From an uncultured Gaiellaceae bacterium (lineage in GTDB: Bacteria > Actinomycetota > Thermoleophilia > Gaiellales > Gaiellaceae): 64,000 nt of DNA. The position numbers and the translations under genes are program-made. The notes under the pieces are model-generated. The model saw only the letters and a program-made list of their open reading frames with translations. It searched no databases and was not told the origin of the DNA. Of this stretch, positions 56,278 through 64,000 are shown in pieces. The stretch lies in contig CAWBKK010000006.1 of NCBI GenBank assembly GCA_963789355.1, positions 14,774-78,773 on the forward strand. The letters are read 5' to 3'. Every line of letters starts with the position of its first letter. The first letter of the stretch is position 1.

Positions 56278-58698
56278 TTAGATCACAAAGTTCACGAGCT
56301 TGCCCGGGACGACGATCGTCTTTCGCGGCTCGCCCCCGTTCAAGTGCGCCTGCACCTTCTCCGACGCACGCGCCAAGGCCACGAGCTCCTCGTCGGCGAT
56401 CGACGCCGGCACCTGCAGGCGGTCGCGCAGCTTGCCGTTCACCTGCAGGACGACTTCGACCGTCTCGCGCTCGAGCAGCGTGGGATCGGCCTCGGGCCAC
56501 GGCTGCTCCCACAGCCGCTCCCCACCCAAACGCTGCCACAGCTCCTCGGCGATGTGAGGCCCGTAGGGCTGGATCAGCGAGACCGCCGTCTCGGCTGCGA
56601 AGCGAGCAGCCGGGTCTTCGGGTGCGCGCGCGATCTCGTTCACCAGCTCCATCACGGCGGCGATCGGCGTGTTGAACGCAAAGCGCCGGTCGATGTCGTC
56701 CGTCACCTTCGCAATCGTCTCGTGCGCCTTCTGCGCGAGCGGGCTGGACGGCTGCGCCACACGCGGCCGCTCGGCCTGTTCGAGTACGACGCGCCAGAGC
56801 TTGTTGTAGAACCGCCACACACCCTCGATCCCGGAGTCGTGCCACTCCATGTCCTGATCCGCCGGGCCGAGGAAGAGCGTGAACGTCCGAACGGAGTCGG
56901 CGCCGTAGCGGTCGGCCAGCGCGAGCGGGTCGACGGTGTTGCCCTTCGACTTGGACATCTTCGCGCCGTCCTTGTGGATCATTCCCTGGTTGAACAGCCG
57001 CGCGAATGGTTCGCGAAAGCCGACGAGACCCATCTCCTGCATCACCTTGGTGAAGAAGCGCGCGTAGAGGAGGTGCAGGATCGCGTGCTCGACGCCGCCG
57101 ATGTACTGGTTGACGGGCAGCCAATAATCGGCGATCTCGCGTGCGAACGGCTCCGTGTCGTTCCTCGGGTCGGTGTAGCGGATGAAGTACCAGGACGAGT
57201 CGACGAAGGTGTCCATCGTGTCGGTCTCACGACTCGCCGGCCCGCCGCACTTCGGGCAGTCGACGTTGACCCAGTCTTCCGCCGTGGCCAGCGGAGAGCG
57301 GCCCTTCGGCAGAAACTCGTCGACCTCGGGCAGCACCACCGGCAGCTGGTCGTCGGGCACAGGGACCTCACCGCAGCGCTCGCAGTGGACGATCGGAATC
57401 GGGGCGCCCCAGTAGCGCTGGCGTGAGAGCAGCCAGTCGCGGAGGCGATAGCCGATCGTCGCCTCGGCCTGGCCGCGCTCGGCGAGCCACTCCACGATCG
57501 CTTGCTTCGCCTCCGGGCTCGGCATGCCCGTGAACTCGCCCGAGTTGGCGAGCACCTCGTCGTCGGTGTGCGCGACGAAGGCCGCGCCCTCCTCGACCTC
57601 CCCGTCCGCCGGCAGGACGACGGGCCGGATCTCGAGCCCATACTTCTCCGCGAAAGCGTGGTCGCGCTCGTCGTGGGCGGGGACGGCCATGATCGCACCC
57701 GAGCCGTACTCCATCAGCACGTAGTCGGCGACCCAGATCGGGATCTCTTCGCCGTTGACCGGATTGATCGCGTAGCGGCCGGTGAAGACGCCGTCCTTCT
57801 CCTTTTTCTCGCGCTCCACCGCCGAGCGCGCGCCGGCATGGCGAACGTACTCGCGCACCTCCTCGGAGTCCGTCAGCTGCGGGAGGAGTGGGTGCTCGGG
57901 CGCCAGCACGAAGAAGGTGGCGCCGAAGAGCGTGTCCGGTCGGGTCGTGAAGACCGGCAACTCCTCGCCGGAATCGGCGACGCGGAAGCGTACGCGCGCG
58001 CCTGCGGAGCGCCCGATCCAGTTGCGCTGCATCGTCAGGACGCGCTCCGGCCACTCCTCGAGCAGATCCATCTCGTCGAGCAGCGCGTCGGCGTAGTTGG
58101 TGATCTTGAAGTACCACTGGGTCAGGTTCTTGGCCTCGACCTCGGCGCCGCAGCGCTCGCAGTGGCCGTCGATCACCTGCTCGTTCGCGAGCACCGTCTG
58201 GTCGACCGGGCACCAGTTGACCAGTCCCTGCTTCCGATAGGCGAGGCCGCGCTCGTAGAAGCGGAGGAACAGCCATTGCGTCCAGCGGTAGTACTCGGGC
58301 TCGTGCGTCGAGATCTCGCGGTCCCAGTCCATCGCCCAGCCCATGCGGCGCATCTGATCCCGGATCGCGGCGATGTTGCGCTCGGTGCTGATGCGCGGAT
58401 GCACGCCGTCGCGGATAGCGGCGTTCTCCGCGGGGAGGCCGAACGCGTCGTAGCCCATCGGGCGCAGCACGCGGTAGCCGCGCCGTCGGCGCAGATGGGC
58501 GACGACGTCGCCGATCGTGTAGTTGAGGACATGCCCCATGTGCAGCTCGCCCGAGGGATACGGCAGCATCTCGACCACGTACGTCTTCGCGCCCTCCGCC
58601 TGGCCGGGCTCGGGGTTCGGCGTGTGGAAGGCTCGCGCGTCCTCCCACACGGCCTGCCACTTCCGCTCGATCTCTCTTGGCTCGTAGCGCTCGGTCAT
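56278..58698 (-). CDS. leuS: Leucine--tRNA ligase
   Basis: Start MTERYEPREIERKWQ at 58698. HMGH (HIGH-type) and KMSKS motifs present. Confidence 0.95.
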   Translation of the reverse strand: MTERYEPREIERKWQAVWEDARAFHTPNPEPGQAEGAKTYVVEMLPYPSGELHMGHVLNYTIGDVVAHLRRRRGYRVLRPMGYDAFGLPAENAAIRDGVHPRISTERNIAAIRDQMRRMGWAMDWDREISTHEPEYYRWTQWLFLRFYERGLAYRKQGLVNWCPVDQTVLANEQVIDGHCERCGAEVEAKNLTQWYFKITNYADALLDEMDLLEEWPERVLTMQRNWIGRSAGARVRFRVADSGEELPVFTTRPDTLFGATFFVLAPEHPLLPQLTDSEEVREYVRHAGARSAVEREKKEKDGVFTGRYAINPVNGEEIPIWVADYVLMEYGSGAIMAVPAHDERDHAFAEKYGLEIRPVVLPADGEVEEGAAFVAHTDDEVLANSGEFTGMPSPEAKQAIVEWLAERGQAEATIGYRLRDWLLSRQRYWGAPIPIVHCERCGEVPVPDDQLPVVLPEVDEFLPKGRSPLATAEDWVNVDCPKCGGPASRETDTMDTFVDSSWYFIRYTDPRNDTEPFAREIADYWLPVNQYIGGVEHAILHLLYARFFTKVMQEMGLVGFREPFARLFNQGMIHKDGAKMSKSKGNTVDPLALADRYGADSVRTFTLFLGPADQDMEWHDSGIEGVWRFYNKLWRVVLEQAERPRVAQPSSPLAQKAHETIAKVTDDIDRRFAFNTPIAAVMELVNEIARAPEDPAARFAAETAVSLIQPYGPHIAEELWQRLGGERLWEQPWPEADPTLLERETVEVVLQVNGKLRDRLQVPASIADEELVALARASEKVQAHLNGGEPRKTIVVPGKLVNFVI

Positions 58699-58715
58699 CG
58701 TGTGTCTCCGGGTAC

Positions 58716-58740
58716 AAAAAAGCCTCTCATGCGAGAGGCC
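58716..58740 (-). terminator. Terminator-like hairpin plus U-tract inside the leuS 5' leader
   Basis: Minus strand GGCCUCUC-GCAU-GAGAGGCU followed by UUUUUG. It ends about 17 nt before the leuS ATG, upstream of the GGAG RBS. Confidence 0.5.
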
Positions 58741-58812
58741 CATGGGAAGCTCGCGCGGCACCTCGCCGCGGTGGCTTCCTGCTCTAGGAAAGAAGCTGCT
58801 TCACTTGCGCCC

Positions 58813-60078
58813 ATGCTAGCACTGTTCCCCGGCGGGACCAGGATCGCGGCGGGCGTGCTGGAGCTCGACGGAGTGCCCGTCACCGACCTCGCGGAGCGGT
58901 TCGGGACGCCGTTGGTGGTCTATGCCGAGCAGGCGCTGCGCGAGCGAGCGCGGATGTTCCGGCGTGCCGTTCCCGACGCGCTCGTCGTCTACGGAACGAA
59001 GGCTTTTCCGAACGTCGCGCTGATGCGGCTGCTCGCCGAGGAGGGCCTCGGTGCGGACGTCTCGACGCTGGGAGAGCTCACCTTCGCGCAGCGCGCCGGG
59101 ATCGACGGCGAGCGCCTCCTCGTGCACGGGAACAACAAGTCGGACGAGGAGCTGCGCGCCGCCGCCGAGGCGGGCGCGCTCGTCGTCCTCGACGCGCTCG
59201 ACGAGCCGGCGCGCGCAGTCGAGGCGGGCGTCCGCCGCGTCCTCGTCCGCGTCACTCCCGGTGTCGAGGCCGAGACGCACGAGGCGATCCGCACCGGCCA
59301 TCGAGGCTCCAAGTTCGGCCTCGACGAGGACGACGCCGTCGAGGCGGTGCGCAGCTCGCTCGCTGCCGGTCTCGAGGTCGAAGGACTCCACGTCCACGTC
59401 GGCTCGCAGCTCGCCGATGTGCGCGCGCACCTGCTCTCGGTGGCGCTGCTCGCCCAGTTCGCCGACCGCTGCCGGGTCGAGCTCGAGTGGATGCCGCAGG
59501 TGATCGACATCGGCGGCGGCTTCGGGATCCGCCACGTCCAAGCGGAGCTGGAACCGCCGGTCGAGGAGCTCGTACGGACGGTGGCGGCCTCCGTCGCGCG
59601 GGACTGGCTGATGCGTGGGCTGCCGGCGCCGCGGCTGATCGTGGAGCCCGGGCGTGCGCTCGTCGGGCCGACGGCGTTCACGCTCTACCGCGTCGGCGCC
59701 GTCAAGCGGGCGGGCGACCGGCGGTACGTTGCGATCGACGGCGGCATGTCCGACAACCCGCGCCCGCAGCTCTACCAGGCGCGCTACACCGCGTTGCTCG
59801 CGAACCGCGCGGACGAGAAGCCGGACGATGTCTTCACGATCGCGGGCAAGCACTGCGAGTCGGGTGACGTGCTGATCGAGCGGGCCGAGCTACCGGAGCC
59901 CCGACGGGGCGACCTGATCGCCGTCCCGGCCACGGGGGCGTACACGCTCGGGATGGCGTCGAACTACAACGGCGTCCCGCGGCCGGCGGCCGTGCTCGCC
60001 GGCGGGGGCGGCGCGCGGCTGATCCGCCGCCGCGAGACGGTCGACGACCTGCTCGCGCTCGAGCCCGAAAACGACTAG
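58813..60078 (+). CDS. lysA: Diaminopimelate decarboxylase
   Basis: Start MLALFPGG at 58813. YGTKAF (PLP-Lys region), [25 protein letters not shown]. Confidence 0.9.
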   Translation: MLALFPGGTRIAAGVLELDGVPVTDLAERFGTPLVVYAEQALRERARMFRRAVPDALVVYGTKAFPNVALMRLLAEEGLGADVSTLGELTFAQRAGIDGERLLVHGNNKSDEELRAAAEAGALVVLDALDEPARAVEAGVRRVLVRVTPGVEAETHEAIRTGHRGSKFGLDEDDAVEAVRSSLAAGLEVEGLHVHVGSQLADVRAHLLSVALLAQFADRCRVELEWMPQVIDIGGGFGIRHVQAELEPPVEELVRTVAASVARDWLMRGLPAPRLIVEPGRALVGPTAFTLYRVGAVKRAGDRRYVAIDGGMSDNPRPQLYQARYTALLANRADEKPDDVFTIAGKHCESGDVLIERAELPEPRRGDLIAVPATGAYTLGMASNYNGVPRPAAVLAGGGGARLIRRRETVDDLLALEPEND

Positions 60079-60623
60079 TCGCGCATTCGGCTCCCCAGCT
60101 CGGCCTCGACCTGAGTCAGCTCGACCCCGCGCGCGGCGAGCAGCGCGTAGGCATGGAAGATCAGATCCGCGACCTCCTCCACCAGCCGCTCGTCCGACTC
60201 GCCTGCACCGGCGAGCGCCGCCTCGACTCCCTCCTCCCCCACCTTCCGGGCAGCGAGCGCCGGGTCGTCGAGCAGCGAGACGACGTACGAGCCCTCCGGC
60301 CGCTCGTGCTCGCGCTCCTTGATCCGGCGCCAGAGCCACGGCGCGAAACACGACTCGGCGCCGGTGTGGCAGGCCGGTCCAGCCGGCCGGACGCGGAGGA
60401 GAATCGCGTCACCGTCGCAATCGTCGCGCAGCTCTTCCACCGCCAGCGTGTTGCCGGAGGTCGCGCCCTTGTGCCACAGCTCCTGCCGCGATCGGCTCCA
60501 GAACCACGCCTCGCCGGTCTCGCGCGTTCGCCGCAGCGCCTCGTCGTCCATCCAGGCGAGCATCAGGACGCGGCCGCTGCCGGCGTCCTGCACGATCGCC
60601 GGCGTCAGATCCGGATGTCCCAT
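60075..60623 (-). CDS. hisI: Bifunctional phosphoribosyl-AMP cyclohydrolase / phosphoribosyl-ATP pyrophosphatase
   Basis: Start [13 protein letters not shown] at 60623. [32 protein letters not shown], and a C-terminal HisE-like helix bundle. Confidence 0.85.
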   Translation of the reverse strand: MGHPDLTPAIVQDAGSGRVLMLAWMDDEALRRTRETGEAWFWSRSRQELWHKGATSGNTLAVEELRDDCDGDAILLRVRPAGPACHTGAESCFAPWLWRRIKEREHERPEGSYVVSLLDDPALAARKVGEEGVEAALAGAGESDERLVEEVADLIFHAYALLAARGVELTQVEAELGSRMRD

Positions 60624-61347
60624 CCCGCCTCCCGCAGCTCGGCCTTCAACTCGGCGACCCGCTCCGGGCGCTCGTGCACGATCGAGGCGACGAGCGCCGC
60701 CTCGGCTCCCGCCGCGAAGGCGTCGGCGAGGTGCCGGGCCTCCCCCGCCCCGCCCGAGGCGATCACGGGCGTCTCGACCGACGCTGCGATCGCGCGGGTG
60801 AGCTCCACGTCGTACCCGGCCCGCGTTCCGTCCGCGTCGATCGAGGTCACGAGCAGCTCGCCCGCGCCTCGCGCGACCGCCTCGCCCGCCCACTCGATCG
60901 CATCGGCGTCGCGCTCCTGCCGGCCGCCGTGGGTGACGACACGGCCGCCCCGCGCGTCGACCGCGCAGACGACCGCCTGCGAGCCGAACTCGTCTGCGAG
61001 CGATCGTCAGCAGCGCTGGCTCCTCGAACGCGGCCCGGTTCACCGCCACCTTGTCGGCCCCCGCGCGCAGCAGCGCCCGCGCGTCCTCGAGGCCCGGAGA
61101 CGCCGCCGCCGACGGTGAAGGGAATCGAGAGCCGCTCGGCGGCTCGCTCGACGAGCCCGAGCAGCGGCCCGCGGCCCTCCACGCTCGCGGTGATGTCGAG
61201 GAAGACGAGCTCGTCCGCGCCTACCTCCGAGTAGCGCTCGGCCAGCTCCACCGGATCGCCGACGTCGCGCAACTCCTGGAAGCGGACGCCCTTGACGACG
61301 CGGCCGCCGGCGACGTCGAGGCAGGGGATCAGACGCTTCTTGACCAT
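60605..61347 (-). pseudogene. hisF: Imidazole glycerol phosphate synthase cyclase subunit HisF, two frame disruptions (about 61090 and 61000)
   Basis: Three frames carry consecutive HisF blocks: [20 protein letters not shown]...IPFTVGGGV, then [32 protein letters not shown], then [14 protein letters not shown]...[16 protein letters not shown]...IASGGAG. Confidence 0.85.
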
Positions 61348-61922
61348 CGCAGCGCGTTCTCGAGGATCGTGGCGCCGACGGCGCCGCTCCGCTCGGGGTG
61401 GAACTGCACGCCGGCCAGCGGGCCCGCTTCGACGGCCGCGACGATCGAGCCGCCGTGGTCGACGACGGCCGTCGTGACGCCGTTCTCGGGCTCGGCCGCG
61501 TAGCTGTGGGCGAAGTAGACATCGGCGCCGTCCACCCCTTCGAGCAGCGCGGCAGGCCGGCGCACCGCGAGCGTGTTCCAGCCCATGTGCGGCACCGTCC
61601 GCGCGCGCAGCCGACGCACCGGCCCGCGGAGCAGCCCCAGCCCGGCGCCGCCCTCCTCGCTCTCCTCGAAGAAGAGCTGCAGGCCGACGCAGATCCCGAG
61701 CACCGGTTTGCCCGCGGCGACTCGCTGGCGCAACGCATCGGCCAGCAATCCCAGGCCGGCGGCCGCGCTCGCCACGTGGCCGACGCCGGCGATGACGACG
61801 AGCGGCGCGTCGCGGACAGCCGCCGGGTCATCGCTCACCGAAGAGCTGGCCCCCGCTCGTTCGAGCGCGGACGCGACGCTGCGCAGGTTGCCGGCGCCAT
61901 AATCGGCGAGCACGACCTTCAC
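61329..61922 (-). CDS. hisH: Imidazole glycerol phosphate synthase glutaminase subunit HisH
   Basis: GTG 61922 ([16 protein letters not shown]) overlaps the hisB stop (GTGA). GICVGLQ catalytic Cys, FHPE. Confidence 0.9.
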   Translation of the reverse strand: MKVVLADYGAGNLRSVASALERAGASSSVSDDPAAVRDAPLVVIAGVGHVASAAAGLGLLADALRQRVAAGKPVLGICVGLQLFFEESEEGGAGLGLLRGPVRRLRARTVPHMGWNTLAVRRPAALLEGVDGADVYFAHSYAAEPENGVTTAVVDHGGSIVAAVEAGPLAGVQFHPERSGAVGATILENALRWSRSV

Positions 61923-63487
61923 GCCAGCCCCTTCGTCGAGCGGACGCCGTCGCCGGTCTTCGCGCACGCCTGTCCGAGCGCCCGGCCGACCGCCTTGAAG
62001 GCGGCCTCGGCGACATGATGGTCGTCCGCGCCTCCCGCCGTGACGTGCAGGGTCACCCCGGCCTGGATCGCGAACCGCTCCAGCGCGTGCGGCAGCAGCG
62101 AGGGAGCGAGGCCGCCGATCCGGTCGCCGCCGAACGAGAGCCGGATCTCGGCATGCGCACGCCTGACGAGATCGACCGTCGCCGTGGCCGACGCCTCGTC
62201 CATCGGAATCGTGGCCGTCCCGTAGCGCGCGACGCCCTCGCGCGACCCGAGCGCGTGCGCCAATCCGTCACCGAGGGCAGCGAGGACGTCCTCGACCGTG
62301 TGGTGCTCGTCGACGTCGAGGTCGCCGGCAGCGACGAGCTCGAGGTCGAAGCCGGCGTGGAACGCCCACAGCGTCAGGAGATGATCGAGGAAGCCGATCC
62401 CCGTCTGGACGCGGGCGCGGCCGTCGCCGTCGAGATCGAGCGAGAGCCGCAGCGCCGTCTCCGTGCTCGTGCGGACGACGAGAGCGTCGCGAGCCGGTGA
62501 GGCCGGCGTCGTCGCACCGAGCGCCATGAGGAGAACGTCGTTCTCGCGCGGCCGGCGGAGCGTGATCCGAATTCCCTCGGCAAAGCCGCGCACGACGAGG
62601 CCCTGCTCCTCCAGGCGCGAGGCGAGTGGCTCGTCGCTGCGGAGGAAGACGAAGTTGCCGTACCCCGGCCGGCAGTCGTGGCCGGCGGCAGCCAGCGCCT
62701 CCTGCACGCGCCCGCGCTCCGCGAGCGTCTGCTCGACGTCGATCCTCGGCTCCCGGAGCGCCGCGGCGGCGATTCGCGCGGAGGGAGCGCTGATGCTCCC
62801 CGGCGGCCGCCGCAGCTCCAGCTCTGCGGCGACGGCCGGCGTCGACACGGACCAGCCGACCCTGAGCGCGGCGAAGCCGAACGCCTTCGAGAGGGTCCGG
62901 AGCACGATCAGGTTCGGCTGCTCGGCGACCAGCGGCACGCACGTCCTGCCGGCGTACTCGAAGTAGGCCTCGTCGACGACGACCGCGGCATCCGGATGCG
63001 CGGCGGCGAGCGCGGCGATCTCAGCCGGGTCGCGCAGCTCCCCGGTCGGGTTGTTCGGGTTGCAGACCCAGATCAACGCCGCTCCGTCCGGGTCGCTCTG
63101 GATCTCGGCACCCTCGAGCTCGGTCACGATCCGGTAGACGCCATAGGTGGGCGGCTCGATCGCCGCTGCGCGTCCGGGCGCGAGATACGTGTCGGCGCAG
63201 ATCGCGATCAGCTCGTCCGCGCCCGCTCCGACGACGATCTGCTCCGGGTCGACGCCGCAGTACCCGGCTGCGGCCTCTCGGAGCTCCGCGTACGTGCCGT
63301 CCGGATACTCGTGCAGCCGCGCAAAGCTCTCGGAGAGCGGCACCTGCGGAACCCCGGGGACGGGCGGCGTGTTCTGGTCGAAGCGCAGGATCTGCTCCGG
63401 CCGGAGCCCGTGCCGCGCAGCCACCTCGGCGGATGACGGCGACCACGCGTACGCGCGGAAGCCCTCTGCGAGCGCGACCGGCCTCAT
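61919..63487 (-). CDS. hisC-hisB: Single ORF encoding histidinol-phosphate aminotransferase (HisC) followed by imidazoleglycerol-phosphate dehydratase (HisB)
   Basis: 522 aa. N-part has NPNNPTG and TLSKAFGFAALRVG (PLP Lys). C-part has RTSTETALRLSLDLDGDG, DEHHTVEDV and DDHHVAEAAFKA. No stop in between. Confidence 0.8.
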   Translation of the reverse strand: MRPVALAEGFRAYAWSPSSAEVAARHGLRPEQILRFDQNTPPVPGVPQVPLSESFARLHEYPDGTYAELREAAAGYCGVDPEQIVVGAGADELIAICADTYLAPGRAAAIEPPTYGVYRIVTELEGAEIQSDPDGAALIWVCNPNNPTGELRDPAEIAALAAAHPDAAVVVDEAYFEYAGRTCVPLVAEQPNLIVLRTLSKAFGFAALRVGWSVSTPAVAAELELRRPPGSISAPSARIAAAALREPRIDVEQTLAERGRVQEALAAAGHDCRPGYGNFVFLRSDEPLASRLEEQGLVVRGFAEGIRITLRRPRENDVLLMALGATTPASPARDALVVRTSTETALRLSLDLDGDGRARVQTGIGFLDHLLTLWAFHAGFDLELVAAGDLDVDEHHTVEDVLAALGDGLAHALGSREGVARYGTATIPMDEASATATVDLVRRAHAEIRLSFGGDRIGGLAPSLLPHALERFAIQAGVTLHVTAGGADDHHVAEAAFKAVGRALGQACAKTGDGVRSTKGLA

Positions 63488-64000
63488 CCCAGCTCCAGCG
63501 CCGCCGCGTGCAGTTCGAGCCCTTCCAGCCGGGCGAGCGGAAGAGCGATCTCACGGGCCCGGGCGAGCCCTGCGGCGCTCGCACGGACGATCTGCACCGG
63601 CTTCAGGAAGGTCTCGAGCCCGACGCCGCCCGAGCCGCGGGCGAGGCCCCCGGTTGGAAGGATGTGCGTCGCGCCCGCCGCGTAGTCGCCGACGACGGCC
63701 GAGGTGCGCACGAAGACCGTGCCGGCGTTCCGGACCCGAGCCGCGATCTCCTCCGCTCCGGCCAGCCAGAGCTCGAGGTGCTCGGGGGCGTACGCCTCGG
63801 CGAGTGCGAGTGCTTCCTCGAGCGATCCCGGCTCGCGGATCGAGACGTTGTCGTGGCCCGCGACGAGCCGCCCGACGGCGTCGCTCAGTGCTCGATCGAG
63901 GCTGAACAGGATCGCCTCGCTGTCGGGGCCGTGCTCGGCCTGGGCGAGCAGGTCGGCCGCGCAACGGCCGGGATCCGCCGATCCGTCGGCGATCACGACG
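63484..64000 (-). CDS. hisD: Histidinol dehydrogenase (C-terminal part; gene continues beyond window)
   Basis: QAEHGPDS, YAPEHLEL, GDYAAGATHILPTGG motifs. Frame is open to the window edge. Confidence 0.9.
   Translation of the reverse strand, partial: VVIADGSADPGRCAADLLAQAEHGPDSEAILFSLDRALSDAVGRLVAGHDNVSIREPGSLEEALALAEAYAPEHLELWLAGAEEIAARVRNAGTVFVRTSAVVGDYAAGATHILPTGGLARGSGGVGLETFLKPVQIVRASAAGLARAREIALPLARLEGLELHAAALELG

Noticed and set aside
58699-58812. T-box riboswitch in the leuS leader
   Set aside because: The leader is at most about 110 nt. GAGGUGCCGCGCG only loosely resembles the conserved T-box AGGGUGGUACCGCG. I found no convincing stem I or specifier loop, so it is kept only as an unclassified attenuator candidate.

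Overview
Very high-GC (about 70%) bacterial chromosomal segment, densely packed with mostly housekeeping genes. The style suggests a deep-branching Actinomycetota-like organism, but that is inference only. Gene order, left to right:
- TetR, lytic transglycosylase, coaE, rpsA, 5'-nucleotidase, polA
- GNAT plus a LarA-like gene
- A livFGMH-J branched-chain amino-acid ABC operon
- tRNA-Leu(CAA) followed by a ~1 kb islet bounded by a copy of the tRNA 3' end
- A tandem-repeat membrane protein, pfkA, a receiver-only response regulator
- A membrane spermidine-synthase-like gene with a TrpC relic, and a BNR-propeller protein
- A WYL/YafY regulator with small unknown genes
- deoC plus two ALDH genes, a YpfJ peptidase, and the giant NAD-glutamate dehydrogenase
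- A long Bacillus-like conserved block: era-cdd-dgkA-ybeY-phoH ... yqeY-HIT-mtaB-prmA-dnaJ-hrcA-hemW-lepA-murJ-rpsT-holA-comEC-comEA-leuS
- lysA and a his cluster (hisIE, hisF, hisH, hisC-hisB, hisD)

The most unusual element is a ~3.1 kb plus-strand gene (39346-42511) lying antisense inside the conserved block. It encodes a Clp/Hsp100-like double AAA+ ATPase fused to an RF2-like release-factor module that lacks the GGQ domain. In this sequence the gene is broken by about ten frame changes.

Single frame disruptions also affect rpsA, phoH and murJ, and hisF carries two. Either the assembly carries indel errors or these are real lesions.

No CRISPR array, rRNA, transposase or integrase was seen. 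Many long ORFs in the six-frame track are antisense or out-of-frame shadows typical of high-GC DNA and are not reported. All homology statements come from reading motifs by eye, not from searches.
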